Origin: Naegleria gruberi
Taxonomy: Eukaryota
Assembly: GCA_000004985.1 (NCBI GenBank)
Contig: GG738888.1
Strand: one strand, 5' to 3'
DNA length: 64,000 nt
Shown here: piece after piece, positions 63,835-64,000 of the stretch
Position numbering within the stretch: the first letter of the stretch is position 1
How the letters are laid out: the number at the start of each line of letters is the position of its first letter
Program-made: the position numbers and the translations under genes
The notes under the pieces: model-generated
What the model was told of the DNA's origin: nothing
Database searches by the model: none
What the model saw: the letters and a program-made list of their open reading frames with translations, nothing else

Positions 63835-64000
63835 AGTGCATCAAAGATGATCTGAAGAATGAACAATGTATTTAAAGTGTAGTGTTGACATATTAAGCTC
63901 AACAATTGGGTAGATGTGTGAAAAGTAAACGATGTGCGTAATTGAGCTGTTAAAAAAATATGTCTGAAAAAGTTGACCTAGAAAGAGCAAAAGATTTGTT

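Noticed and set aside
1-64000. Prokaryotic-style features (CRISPR arrays, operons, phage or IS elements)
   Set aside because: The window is clearly eukaryotic, with spliceosomal introns, Pol III genes with T-run terminators, CAAX GTPase and mitochondrial presequences. No direct-repeat/spacer arrays, transposase ORFs or terminal inverted repeats were seen.

Overview
This is a gene-dense eukaryotic nuclear window of 64 kb. Coding regions are AT-rich (roughly 30-35% GC by eye) and intergenic DNA is richer still. Introns are very short (about 38-125 nt) with GTAAGT-type donors and AG acceptors. Coding sequence carries poly-N/Q/T/H low-complexity tracts, and a Ras-family gene ends in the CAAX box CIIL. 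These traits point to an amoebozoan genome like the dictyostelid social amoebae. An inner-arm axonemal dynein light chain gene (p28/DNALI1-like) is also present, which is unexpected for a non-flagellated dictyostelid, so the exact taxon stays open. About 30 protein-coding genes are called. They include an SV2/SVOP-like MFS transporter, a nitroreductase, a PPR-like protein, an SCY1-like pseudokinase, a small heat-shock protein, a divergent pair of Rab-GEF subunit homologues (a Mon1-like candidate and RGP1), a GNAT acetyltransferase, ALKBH6, DIS3L2, a Ras/Rap GTPase, mitochondrial RF1, NOL6/Utp22 and CMC4. Accessory-looking content follows: an F-box/LRR protein, a membrane-anchored UDP-GlcNAc 2-epimerase fused to a GT64-like glycosyltransferase, a secreted polycationic Tyr/Lys repeat protein, an NHL+EGF receptor-like TKL kinase of about 1950 aa, a tandem pair of tail-anchored P-loop NTPases (one apparently decaying), a half-size phytochelatin-synthase-like protein, and a convergent pair of paralogous Cys-rich membrane glycoproteins. 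There are three Pol III genes: two dispersed, near-identical 5S rRNA genes about 37 kb apart and a tRNA-Asp(GTC), each followed by a T-run. Several genes show apparent frameshifts in A/T micro-repeats, which could be draft-assembly errors or real pseudogenization. The ORF track accepts non-ATG (TTG/GTG) starts, so several leading M residues are not real; where I noticed this I moved the start to the first in-frame ATG. Coordinates I derived by hand (RNA genes, exon junctions) may be off by 1-2 nt.
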